Positions 53,320-64,000 of a stretch of 64,000 nt of DNA are shown in pieces. This stretch comes from Camelus dromedarius (taxonomy: Eukaryota). Each line of letters starts with the position of its first letter. Positions within the stretch are counted from its first letter, which is position 1. The notes below the pieces were generated by a model. The model had not been told where the DNA came from, made no database searches, and saw only the letters and a list, made by a program, of their open reading frames with translations. Where the stretch lies: the NCBI RefSeq assembly GCF_036321535.1, contig NC_087437.1, positions 13,580,001 through 13,644,000 of the forward strand. The letters run 5' to 3'. The position numbers were made by a program, and so were the translations under genes.

Positions 53320-53769
53320 CTGGAAAAAGTAAAGAAGAAGGAAGTCCCACATATTCCAAGAAAAAGGATACATCCTCAATGGTGCAAGGGAGAAAAATAT
53401 AAAGACTGCTGAGGCTCGGACAGCATCATCCAATAGTCTACTTGAAGACAGGGGAATTCCATTGCTTCAGCATGGAGTAAATGATTAGTCAATAAGATAA
53501 GAATGCTAGATACAGAAAAAGCCTCATAAAGAGAAACAAAAACTCTATAACTGCTAGAGCAACGTCAAAACCCTCCAGGAAAAGTGCCCTGCTTCACAAT
53601 TCCATTTCATCTCCTGTGTGTATCAGTTTTGCAAAGGAAAAAAAAATCAACTATTATGATTTTTTTGAAGATGCCTACTGCATAAAAATTGGTCTGATTC
53701 AATAGTCTCATCCACATGTTATTCTAGAAAAATTTGTTTTCCTTGAGAGAACATGCTTGAGATGTATTT

Positions 53770-54250
53770 GTACCAGTTTAGATCACATTCTGTAGTGTGT
53801 AATCACAAAGATAAGTTAACAATGACTTAAATGATTGAAGCTTTTTCTTACATAAAAAGGAGTCCAAAGATTGCCGGAACAGTCACTCTAATGGTTTTAT
53901 GATTTCATCAGGAATTCAGTTTTCTTCTGTTGTTTTCAACTCCACCAAGTTTACTGAGTGGCTGTTAGCCACGTGGTTGAAGATGGCTGCTGCTGCTTCA
54001 GGCATCACATTCATATTCCAGGTCAGAAAAAAAAAAGGGGGGGAAGCATCAAAAGCCTTCTCCTTATGAGGCTTTGTCTTTGTATGACAAAAAGGAAACT
54101 TTTCTCAATGACTTCTGCCAACACCTTATTAAGCTTTGTCACATGGGCACAACAAATCAAAGTGATATTTTAGTTTTCTCGTAAAGCTAGATGAAGATAC
54201 AGATCGTGTGTTGTAAATGCTGTTTGGTTACAAAAGTACAGTGTGCACCA
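53770..54250 (-). mobile_element. Old MLT1 LTR
   Basis: aagatggctgctgctgcttcaggcatcacattcatattccagg. Confidence 0.7.
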
Positions 54251-54444
54251 CAGCAGCAGATCAGGAGTCAAGAGTGATGATGTCTATTTAATCCTCTAAT
54301 CTAACAAAGTATCTAATCATGGAGAAGTGCTTCAACCCCCAGGACCCCAGTTTTCCCATAAAAAAAAATTCAATGATGAAACAAAAGATCTCTAACTCTA
54401 TTATGGTCTACATCCAGGATAACTTTAAGCAGAGTTGGGGCAGA

Positions 54445-54935
54445 CACTGTTAGTCACCTGCCCAACAGCTATTTTCTACCTGTCTTCCTTACTGGCAGAA
54501 ACAAGCTCCCAGTATAAAACCTAGTGAGATTTTCTAAGCTTCTTTTCGAGCTAGAGCATGAGCATGTGACCAAAAGTAGGCCAAGGACACCCAAGGAAAA
54601 GTGTATACCATGGCACCTGGGAAAGATTTTCCACCAGATTATAAGATGAATGTGTAAGGAAAAGTCTTCTGGTTCCCTCTCCCATCTTCTCTCCCCATTC
54701 AATTACTTATGTCTTTGGACTCAGTTGTATGAGCTGTTGCAGCCATTTTGTGCCAATGAGGCAACAAAGTAAACACAATGAAAATGATGGAATGGAAAGA
54801 CAATAAAGAATTTTAGTCATTGATGAAATCAATCATAAGACCACCTTTTCCTGACTTCATATTATGGGAAACAATAAGGACCCTATTTTTTTTTATTTGA
54901 TGCTGTTACTTGCAGCCCAAATCATACTATACAAA
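54445..54935 (+). mobile_element. Old MLT1 LTR
   Basis: catgtgaccaaaagtaggccaa..gctgttgcagccattttgtgcca..tgttacttgcagcccaaa. Confidence 0.7.
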
Positions 54936-54957
54936 ACAGTGAGCTAGTAGACACAAT

Positions 54958-55142
54958 TGTAGTTTCTAAACTAGCACATGGCTTATACTTTATGTGCATA
55001 TGAATCCCCAGGGAAGCTTGTTAAAGTGCAGATTTCTGATGCAGTAGGCCTGGGATGGGGCCTAAAATTCTGCATTTCTAACAGGCAGGGGGTGTTGTTG
55101 GCTCCTGCCCTACAGATGATCTGCACTACACTTTGAACAACA
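54958..55142 (-). mobile_element. MER5A
   Basis: gcagtaggcctgggatggggcctaaaattctgcatttctaacagg..cactttgaacaaca. Confidence 0.85.
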
Positions 55143-55642
55143 AAGTGACAACCCATGTTTATCTGTTGTACAACACTGATCAAGCACTTCTGTGGGCCTC
55201 AATTTTCTCACAGGATCTGCATCTTATGAATCTGAGTACTATCAGAAGAAAACACATTAATTTACTCCACAAATGAAGATTCACATGAAAAGTGAACTGA
55301 GGAAGTATAAGTGCTGAGATTTATTTTAAACCTTGCCCTGAATGGTCATTAATCTCATCACTTGATACAAATCACATCCAGGATGAGGCACATAGGTCAG
55401 TGCTGTTTCCATGACTGTCCAACTGCCCCGCCTGCCCACAAGTATCATGGGAACCGAATGTTAAACTGAGCTGCGCCTGCAGCTGCTCCTTGGAAATGCA
55501 TTATGTATAATGTGTGTGCTAATTAGAAATTCAATTAATAAAGATTTGAAAAGATTTTGAGCAACCCATCCTCTTCTCTACTCCTCTCTCAATGAGAATG
55601 AAGAATGACTGTGGTTATTTTAATAGCGAAAGAGCCATCTGC

Positions 55643-55851
55643 CTGCAAAGGTGACTGTAGCTTGGTATCCTCTGCCCGAAGTGTTCCTGGCAGCCCGCAG
55701 ACATCTTGGTCCAACAATGAAATCTGGCTGCTTTCATATCTGAGTGTCCTTTCTCTCCCTCCTACCATCACTGCACTTCAGTTATGCAACTGGTGGGAAA
55801 TAACTTGCTCTATCTGGGTACCCTTCAAACCAAAGGCTTGGATGTCGGGTA
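55643..55851 (-). pseudogene. Exon remnant
   Basis: 209 bp, phase 1 to 0, in phase with the upstream exon: (V)PDIQAFGLKGTQIEQVISHQLHN*SAVMVGGRERTLRYESSQISLLDQDVCGLPGTLRAEDTKLQSPLQ. Donor is GC. Confidence 0.5.
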
Positions 55852-55924
55852 CTAAACACATCAGGTACCAGAAAAGGATGGAACACGACAGCTCTGTTAT
55901 ACCATGAGTGGAGAGATGAGAGAT

Positions 55925-56215
55925 ATTCTTTTTTTTTTTTTTTCCTTTTGTATATTTTTAAATAAACATTGCTTCTTAGACCTGGTTTAGAGTTACAGAA
56001 AAATTGAGGAGATAGCACAGCATTCTCATTTACCTCACACTGGTTTCCCCTATTGTTTGGCTCTTAAATTACTGTAACCAATTTGTTGCAAATAATGAAC
56101 CAATAGTGATACATTATTATTAACTAAAGTTTACAGTTTCTTTAAATTTCCTTGGTTTTTACCTAATGGTCTTTTTCTGTTCCAGGATTCCACATTACAT
56201 TTATGTTGTGTCCCT
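55925..56215 (-). mobile_element. Old L1 3' end
   Basis: T tail; ttacagaaaaattgag..ccaatagtgatacattattattaactaaagt. Confidence 0.8.
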
Positions 56216-56997
56216 CCAGGCTCAGCCAATTAGAGATAAAATTAGGAGCAAGATTCAGCCTTCTTGGTTTCCAGTCCAAAGCTGTTTCTATTTTACCACT
56301 CAATATATAGGGAGAAGAGTGCCTTCTGTAAGAGAAATAAAGTCTTGGTTCAATTCTGATGCATTTAAGTTCCTAGTTCCCACTGACACTGCACTATGAA
56401 TGCAAACCGCAGCTTGCCACTCTGTCTTTTTACACAGTATGTTAAGTGTCCCCATTGTCTTACAAGTGCATTCGTGACTAGCCAAACATAATGTGGTCAC
56501 TTCCAGGGCAGCCTCTGAGTACCTCCCATTGGACATGGATTGAAGTTTTTCCCCCAAATCTTGTGAAAAAGGAAGGGGAAGAAGTGAGCATCTCCTCAGA
56601 TTAACAAAACTCAGAAATCTTTTGTTCTCATTGTTCAGAGCCCCAGCTCTGGCCCAGCCTCTGCCTAGAGGCTTCCCAGATTCATCTCTCTCTGCTCCAG
56701 GGTGCCTTTCCTGTGTGTTTCCATAGCACTTGTCACACTATCGTCTGTCATTAGACTGTGAAATCTTGAGATCTAGCATCATGGCATTTATGTGAATTCC
56801 CTCCACAGCTGACTTTATATGTGGCAAGTGAGAGCTGTTCAATTCATATTTGTTGAAGTAATGAGTAATGGATGAATGAAGGGTGTCAGAAACAACATTA
56901 AAAACTTAGAAACATCAGTCAGATGGGAAAAAGAGAAAGCCAATATCAGTCATACGAAGAAACAGAGAAGGACGAAAAAGAATAGGGTTGAAATTGC

Positions 56998-57294
56998 CTT
57001 TGCTACTGTGGGGTCCAAAGAAGAAAAGCGACTGAGGCCACCTAGGAAGGTGTCCATAATCATGGATATATAGCCCTTTGAGAATGTTGACCACCCATGA
57101 TATTGGTAAAGGATCCTTCTGCGTCTCCAAGGTAGAGGGTGATCATAAATCTACAGCATTAAGGTTGGAAGAAATTGAAAAAAAAACTATCTCATCTACC
57201 TTCCTTTCACTCATCATTGCACTTAAAACTGTCACAGCACTGTGAATGGAGGTCAGAGAATCACAGGCCCCAGTGTTGCATGAGACAGGCATTC
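56998..57294 (-). pseudogene. Exon remnant
   Basis: ctttttgccctgtcAG; 297 bp with one stop: MPVSCNTGACDSLTSIHSAVTVLSAMMSERKVDEIVFFSISSNLNAVDL*SPSTLETQKDPLPISWVVNILKGLYIHDYGHLPRWPQSLFFFGPHSSK. Donor is GC (AAG|GCAATT). Confidence 0.55.
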
Positions 57295-57983
57295 CTGACA
57301 GGGCAAAAAGCCAGGACAGACAAAGCCTCATACTCCCAATTAGGGCATCTCTTGGCCAACAGACAGAATCTTAATCTTGGGGTTCAAAATCACAAAACCC
57401 CAAAGATCCTTCTAAAACAGTGACTAGAGGCTTCACAGAGACTTGAGGAGGGTGACAAATATAAGTTATATTAAGTTCAGATGAAAAAGCCAAAAACAAA
57501 CAAACAAACAAAAAACCTTGTATTATCAATATTGGACAGAATGATGGAAGACGCTAGTAATGGAAATAGCTTCAGAAAAGTCAATAAAAGTCATATAGAA
57601 TGGCCAAGAATGTCTACATAATCACACAGGTATGAGTGCCAATGTGACCACTTCCGCTCACTAGCTAGGTGCCTTAGGGAACATTACTTGCACTTGCCTA
57701 TCCTTAACCTCATTCCTTGTAAAATGAGGATAGTGATACTCATTGGCAAGACCACTATAAGGGAGAAATGAGAAAATAATAGGCAAAACAACACAGACCC
57801 TGAAAAACAGAGAAAAGCAACAATTACCAAAATTTATCAAGTGTGTATTGTTTGCTAAACATTGAGACTGCGTATGTTACATGTCGTTTTCACTGTGAGT
57901 GTATGATTGATCTATGAGTAATATCAGAAGTTCATGGATTTTCCTTCTTACAAGGTTGTCAAATCTGAATAGTTTTCTCCTAC

Positions 57984-58147
57984 CTTGGAGGCCCGTATGA
58001 AGCAACCTAAAGCCTGCAGAATGGTAAGCGATCCCTCCAGGTCTTTTGCATCATCGTAATCCATGAAAAAGTCAGCCGACTAGGGCAATGCTGGTTACAA
58101 AACAGCCAGGAAGAAAGATGGTGACGTTTGGACGATAGCCCAGTCTT
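57984..58147 (-). pseudogene. Exon remnant
   Basis: ctgtctttcAG ... AAG|GTAGGA; 164 bp, phase 1 to 0. Single frame (E)DWAIVQTSPSFFLAVL*PALP*SADFFMDYDDAKDLEGSLTILQALGCFIRASK. Confidence 0.62.
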
Positions 58148-58337
58148 CTGAAAGACAGCCTTCCATATCTATGCCCTTTATCAGGCCAGGGAGCTGGTTT
58201 TATGAACTAGTTTCTTCTCAGACTCAGGAAGCTGCTGACTTTTGTCTCTGGAAAGTAAGGGCTGCATTTCTTAGTAACTGGTAACAATTTCTTTCAATGA
58301 AGAGGAAAGCAAATTGCCACTTTAAAAAAAAAAAAAC

Positions 58338-58882
58338 CTGCATTAATTGCAGGAGCATTAATTACTGCTGCCCTTAGGCTCCTGGGAATGCATGCTGTCT
58401 TTCTGAGGTGATTATCATGATTACATGCTATTTAATTGTATATCTAGGTCTGTACAGAAATCGCAGGCATGTTTCAGCTTAGCTAGAGGAGTTTTCAATA
58501 AAAATGAGTTAACATCCTCCTCAGTATCTTTGTGTTCATCCTGAATTCGTGATCATGTCCTTGGGCTTTTTGATGGGAAATTTTGGATAGATCTCCAGTC
58601 CTCATGGTCACCATCTGGAAAGCCTTGTGGGATCACTTGGTCTAGGTCCCGACCTTCAGTCCCAGACTAGTCTAGTGAGGAAGCACAGGCTGGGCCATAT
58701 CCTTCTCCCTCGCAGGACAGAAAGAATTTGAAGCTAGTGCCTAATTCCCACTGGTTCACATTATCCTTTTTGGTCTGATACCACATAGTAAGACTTTCCT
58801 GGTCAAGTAACAGACAGATAATTCCTGACCAGTCTGGGAGCCAGGAGCATCTATGTCCAGGGTGTTGGTGGTCCCACTGTCC
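58338..58882 (-). pseudogene. Exon remnant
   Basis: Acceptor catctccattttgaAG. Long low-stop frame LDQESLTMWYQTKKDNVNQWELGTSFKFFLSCEGEGYGPACASSLD*SGTEGRDLDQVIPQGFPDG... After a frameshift it ends phase 1 (..VINAPAINA g|), matching the next exon. Confidence 0.5.
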
Positions 58883-59114
58883 CTTCAAAATGGAGATGTG
58901 AGTCGCCAAAACCAGGTGAGGAACAGAGGAATACGGAAGTTTCCTAGTTCTGTAAGGGTTTGTTTTTTCTCTACTGACTGGGACGTTACTCCTAAAACTC
59001 AGAGAACATTAGAGCTAAATGATGAGGGTCTATAGATCCACTCACTGAGTAAATGCAAGGGAGGGTGAAGAACTCATTTTAAAAGGCATGGCCAAACCCA
59101 AGAAAAGGTCTTAC

Positions 59115-59338
59115 CCATGAATGACTAGATCAGGACCCATCAGCCCATCCACTGGTAGAGTTTGCCCTTTCAGATTTCTGATATCTCACCAGAAGAGCTC
59201 AGCCATCTTGCAAAATGACACAGCCTACGTATCCACCTCATCCATGTCAGAAGAGTGTTAACATTCCACATAAGGATCAAATCGTTTTCCACGATGGAAA
59301 ATGCATTTCCCCAAACACCAGGAATTGCTTTACACTGA
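59115..59338 (-). pseudogene. Exon remnant
   Basis: Strong donor TGG|GTAAGA. One frame reads CIFHRGKRFDPYVEC*HSSDMDEVDT*AVSFCKMAELFW*DIRNLKGQTLPVDGLMGPDLVIH(G). The 5' frame is ambiguous. Confidence 0.55.
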
Positions 59339-59579
59339 CTTTCCAAAAAGAAGTACATTTTACTTATGTTTTCACTCTTGAAGCTGGTGACAGAAATCTC
59401 ACTCTGGGAAATTCATATTGATATGAAGAAGCTGGCTACGTAACAGAGAGAATTTGACCTGGCTTTGGTCAAATCTACTTAGAATTTCAGGATTTCTTGC
59501 CATAAAAGCCTCCCATGACACACTAGATAACCTCCACTTGGTAACATGTGCTTGTCCAGTGCTAGGAAGGCCTGGCCAC

Positions 59580-59860
59580 AGCTGGAAGGCCTGGGTCTAA
59601 TCCTGCCTCTGCCATGACTTGAATGCATTGCTTACAGAAGACTCAGCCTTCCTGGGCTTCAAGTTCCTCATCTGTGAAATAAAGTAGTTGGACCAGATCA
59701 GTATTTCTCAACCCTGGACGTATTTGAATCACTTGAGAATATTTTTTTAAATGTGATTCTCAGGCATTACCCTAGACTAATTAAATCAGATTCTTCATGA
59801 TTGGAACTACGTGTTTCAAGTTCCTCAGGTGATTCCAATTTCAGCCTGGGCTATGACCCA
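59580..59860. mobile_element. MIR plus MER5 fragments
   Basis: ctgggtctaatcctgcctctgcca..ttcctcatctgtgaaat; cagtatttctcaaccctgg..caggtgattccaat. Confidence 0.7.
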
Positions 59861-60089
59861 TGAGGCCATACTATTCCTGGGTTTACACTGTATGGACACT
59901 TCGTCACTTTCAGTTTTACATCACCTCTGAACCTCCCATCATCTCTGAACTTTCTCTCCTGTGGAATTCAGGATCTAGGACGACTCTCTATAACTTATGC
60001 CCTTTTATCAGCCCTCTTTGTGTGCAGGTGGAAACTGCGCCTTGCTTCTGGCCAAGAGCGGTGATGTCATCACTCCCATGATAATATCA

Positions 60090-60840
60090 CATTGTATACA
60101 GAAGGTGGGACAATGAGATTATCCTGTGGGCTTTGAAGAAGCAAACTGCAACATCGTGAAAGGGTCTCTGATGTGGACTGAGTGTTTGATGCCTCCCCCA
60201 ATTCACAGGCTGACATCTAATCCCTGGTGTGTTGGAATATGGAGATGGGGCCTTTGGCAGGTAATTAGGTCATGAGGGTGGAGGCCCCATGGATGGGATT
60301 AGTGCCCTTATAAGAAGGGCCAGAGAGTTACTTCACTCTTTTTCCATCCTGTGAAGATACAAGAAGTTGGCAGTCTACAATCAGGAAGAGAGCCCTCGCC
60401 CAACTGCACTGACATCCTGATCTCACACTTCCAGGCTCCAGAACTGTAAGGAATAATTTCTGTTACTTATAAGCCACCTAAGTTACAGTACTTTGTTATG
60501 GCTGCCCAAATGGAACATGGCCATCTCCGACATGACAAGGAAATGCAATACCCTCTAGAGGCTGAGGGTAGCCCCTGGATGACAACCTGTAACAAAGCAG
60601 GGACCTCAATCCTACAACTGAAAAATGCTGAGTTCTGCCTCAAACTGTGAGTTTTGAAGGAGGTCCAGAATTCCAGAAAGGAACAGCCTGGCTTACATCA
60701 AGACTGCAGACCCTGAGCAGAGGACCTACAATCTGTGACTGGTCTCCTGATACACAGAAACTGTCAGATAATAAATGTATATTGTTTCACATTGCTAAAT
60801 TTGTGATAATCTGTTACACAGCAATAGGAAACTTAAACAT
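60090..60840 (+). mobile_element. MLT1E-like LTR with nested MLT1A-like LTR (about 60169-60522)
   Basis: Outer element: ggctttgaagaagcaaactgc / ttacacagcaataggaaac. Inner element: ggggcctttggcaggtaattaggtcatgagggtggag..gggattagtgcccttataaga. Confidence 0.8.
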
Positions 60841-61149
60841 TTTCCAAAGAGGTTGTTTGTGTGTGTTTGTATTCAGCAGCAAGACACAATGGTTGGTGGT
60901 ATCTTATAGAAAAATATGTTGTGTGTTATAGAAACCTGGAACTCGTGATACTGAAAAATAAAATGTAGGATTAAGCTTTCCAAGGAAATAAAATAAATAT
61001 GTGAATGAGTACATATTTGAAATTTAAGTTATAATTCCTAAAATGGGAGTGCTTAAAGTTGTATTTATTTTTAATTCAGAGAAGTCCTATTATTGCTATC
61101 TTTGTTATTACAATGACAAATGCCTTGATATTTATTCTTCCTATCTCTT

Positions 61150-61610
61150 AAATATTGAGAATCTATAGATGCAAAAACTCTCAATAAAATACTAGTGAAC
61201 CAAATTTAGAAGCACATTGAAAAGATCATTCACCATGATCAAACGGTATTTATCCCTTTGATGCAAGGATGTTTTTAACATACACAAATCAACCAATGCA
61301 ATATATCACATTAACAGAATGAAGGAAAAGAATTATGATGATCTCAGTAGACACAGAAAAAGCCTTTGACAAAATTCAACATCCTTTCATGATAAAAACG
61401 TTAATGAATTAGGCATAGAAGGAACATATCCCAACACGATAAAGGTTATATGTGACAACCCCACAGCTAACATCACACTCAATGGTGAAAGGTTGAAAGC
61501 TTTTTCTCTGAGATCCGGAACAAAACAAGTGTCCCCACTCTCAATACTTCTTTTCAACATAGTATAAGGCGTCTTAGCCAGAGCAATCAGGCATGAAAAA
61601 GAAATAAAAG
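61150..61610 (+). mobile_element. L1 ORF2 RT fragment
   Basis: gatgcaaaaactctcaataaaatactag..gcctttgacaaaattcaacatcc..gagcaatcaggca. Confidence 0.9.
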
Positions 61611-61854
61611 CTTAGCTCATTGGTCTCAGTGCACCGAGTGAGAAGAGTCAATGAAGTAAGCTACCTGGGCACACCTTTCATTCTGTGACCAAGGTCACTG
61701 TAAACACAGCCCAAGGAATGCTGCAGAATTTCACCAATAAAAGTAGTAGCATTCCTTCCCTAGGGTGGTGAGGAGCTGGGAGGAAGGTATGCATACAGGT
61801 GGGCTGGCAGACCCAGAGCCATAAGGTCCTGTCCATAATACACTGCTTCAGTCG

Positions 61855-62590
61855 TCTCCTTCTGCACAACCACCCACTCCAAAACTCAATGATTTACAAC
61901 ACTGATGACATTATTTCTCAGGATTCTGTGGTTTGGCTGTTCCTCCCCGTGTTGTATAGCTAAGTTGACCCATGCAGCTGCATTCAGTTGGCTGCTAGGC
62001 TGGTGCTAGAACCTTCCAGGTGGCACCTCACCCTCCAGAGTCTCGTTCCTCATCCAGTAGTGTTAATGTGAATCTCTTTGTGCACAGTGATTGGCTTTAA
62101 AGAAAGACTGTTCTAAGAAAATAAACCTTGTCCTAAAAATGTACCCAGGATTTGTTGAAGTCAAGACACTGAGACACAACATAAATGATTGTCATGAACG
62201 AAGAGGTTTATACTCAAGTTCACCAGAAACGGAGAATTTTGGTTTAGTTGATGTTGTTGGCTCCGGATTGGTTGGTTTGTATATCAAAGGTGCACTCACA
62301 GGAAGTAACTTACAATCTCCAGGCATCAGATAGCCTGGGAAGGTCAGTGTCCCCAGGATGAAGGCCCCAAATGCCAGAGCATCAAGAATACAAAAAGTAA
62401 GAAAATAGAGTCTGGACCAGTCACAGCATGACTCTTACAAAGTCTCGGCTTATATCATGTTTGCTAAGACCCCACTGAACAAAAGCAAATCATGTGATCA
62501 ATGCAAGAGATAATATAGGAGGGGAGTAAACAAAGGCATGAACATGATAGACATTGTCCATTGTGGACCATCAGTGTAATAGTTACTACA
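61855..62590 (-). mobile_element. MLT1 LTR interrupted by a second LTR-like insert (about 62150-62410)
   Basis: aaccacccactccaaaactcaatgatttacaaca..tttctcaggattctgtgg; resumes ..cccactgaacaaaagcaaatcatgtg. Confidence 0.6.
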
Positions 62591-62789
62591 TAAATACTTC
62601 GAATGAATGGATATTTGCCAAAGTCAACAGTGATCGCCCCTGCGGTCCAGAGCTATTTATTTTGTTCTTTTATTCTACTTTGTCCTTTCACCCTAAAGAG
62701 TTTCAACAGGGAACGTGCACTATTTTTGTAATAAGAGCAAAGCCAAAATTAATTAACTGAATAAATACTGCTGTCTCCCATGAGATTAC

Positions 62790-63160
62790 CGAGGAGCAGA
62801 ACCTAACTTTAGGATTCTTGTGCAAGTGATTTAGTGCCCCCATGAAAAAACCAACCATCGGGGAGTGAGAAAGCAGGACTGGACCGGTGAGGGAGCTGAG
62901 CAAGAGCGTGATCTCAGATCTCCAGCGTGGAGCTCTGCAGGGTGGACAGCACCACCAAGATGGCTCACCTGGAGGCAATGTTTTGTTTTGTTTTGTTTTA
63001 ACTCACTTAGTTATTGGCTGTGGCTACCCCTGGGGAAGGGGGTATAACCTCTCAGACATCTCCTGGAAATATAAGACCCATAGTGGAGAGCAAGTCTCTG
63101 GAGAAGAATGCAGCGTTCAGCCCTTATGAGGCAAACTCAGAGCAGCAGTGGGATAGGTGT
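62790..63160. mobile_element. Old MLT1 LTR
   Basis: aggattcttgtgcaagtgattta..gggagctgagcaagagcgtgatctcag. Confidence 0.55.
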
Positions 63161-63409
63161 ACCCCCCTCTATAAACCAGACCACCGTCATTTACTCCAGC
63201 TACTACAGCTTGTCCCACAGCCTACTGTGGAACACATACTCCAGATATGCCCTCTAAACAGAGACTAGACGTCAAATAATGCACACTGATGAATGAGTGT
63301 TAAGTATATGGGACTCAGAATTTCTGTTGTGTATATCCTGTGAATTCTTTCTGACTTTGGGGGGTGGGATTCTAGGGACCATGCCAGGATATTATAGATC
63401 AAACATCAC

Positions 63410-63916
63410 CTTTTTCTCTTTGAATAGTTCTGTGACTCTGATGAGAAGGCACATTTTGCTAAACTTTCCAAAAAATTTGTTTCCTCTAGGCTGAAATCAT
63501 GCATGAGAAATTCCAAGGGGATCATTTCTTCTAAAGTTTACAGGCCTAAATTATAAGCTCAAGTCAATAAGTTCGATGTCTAAAAATTCTAAAAATAGGG
63601 GTGGATGATAAGAGCGCCTTCTCAACCAAAACCACAAGCTTCCCTCTGCCGCACTCCGAGAAAGCAGCAGAAACTAATCTTTCTCTCCAAGTGGAAAAAT
63701 GGGTAATAGAAATCCACCAGATGCCTTGGATTTTGTGGACTGACAATGTATTTCCATCAATCTCATTTATTTGTGTCTGAAGTCTTATTTTCAGGCCATT
63801 ACCTTCAAATACCAAATCAGGCCATACCCACCAAAATGCTCTGGGAGGAAGAAATGTTGTTTATTGGCAGACATGCTTGTTTTCTGGTTTTTGTCTTCAG
63901 TGATAACCAATTTTCA
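63410..63916 (-). pseudogene. Exon remnant (5'-most in window)
   Basis: Acceptor tctctctctctccttcAG. Reads ...TTFLPPRAFWWVWPDLVFEGNGLKIRLQTQINEIDG..., then in a shifted frame ...LEEMIPLEFLMHDFSLEETNFLESLAKCAFSSES. Weak donor AAG|GTGATG. Confidence 0.55.
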
Positions 63917-64000
63917 CTGAAGGAGAGAGAGAGATGATGGCTTATGGAATTTTAAGTAAGCAATCTGATAGAGGTTCCTGGAAACATTCAGGAGTCTGGA

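Larger units (their letters stand above)
22783..63916 (-). pseudogene. Decayed multi-exon gene (candidate unitary pseudogene), family unidentified, about 20 exon remnants
   Basis: Repeat-free islands on the minus strand each start with a pyrimidine tract+AG and end at GT (some GC/TT). Many neighbouring exons are phase-compatible. Stops are often TGA/TAG/TAA, one C>T change from Arg/Gln codons. Terminal stop at 22783-22785 is followed by AATAAA at 22757-22762. Frames were chosen by eye. Confidence 0.68.

Overview
AT-rich placental-mammal genomic DNA. The young L1 3' ends resemble camelid/cetartiodactyl L1 (recognition from memory, unverified). I found no intact protein-coding gene, RNA gene or CRISPR array. 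A large share of the window is transposable-element debris: L1, L2, MIR, MaLR/MLT1, ERV1/ERVL LTRs and hAT-Charlie MERs. The main unexplained structure is in the unique sequence between these repeats. From about 63.9 kb down to about 22.8 kb the minus strand carries about 20 exon-shaped segments (pyrimidine tract+AG ... GT, a few decayed to GC/TT). Many of them join in compatible codon phases, and they end in a stop codon followed by AATAAA. Most contain stops and/or frameshifts. This looks like a fossil of a large (roughly 2,000 aa or more) intron-containing gene that I could not assign to any known family. The 5' end probably lies beyond the window. A second oddity is a young 257-bp poly(A)-tailed, TSD-flanked insert of unrecognised origin at 29.25-29.53 kb. 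Repeat subfamily names come from memory of consensus sequences and need RepeatMasker confirmation; most repeat boundaries are approximate.
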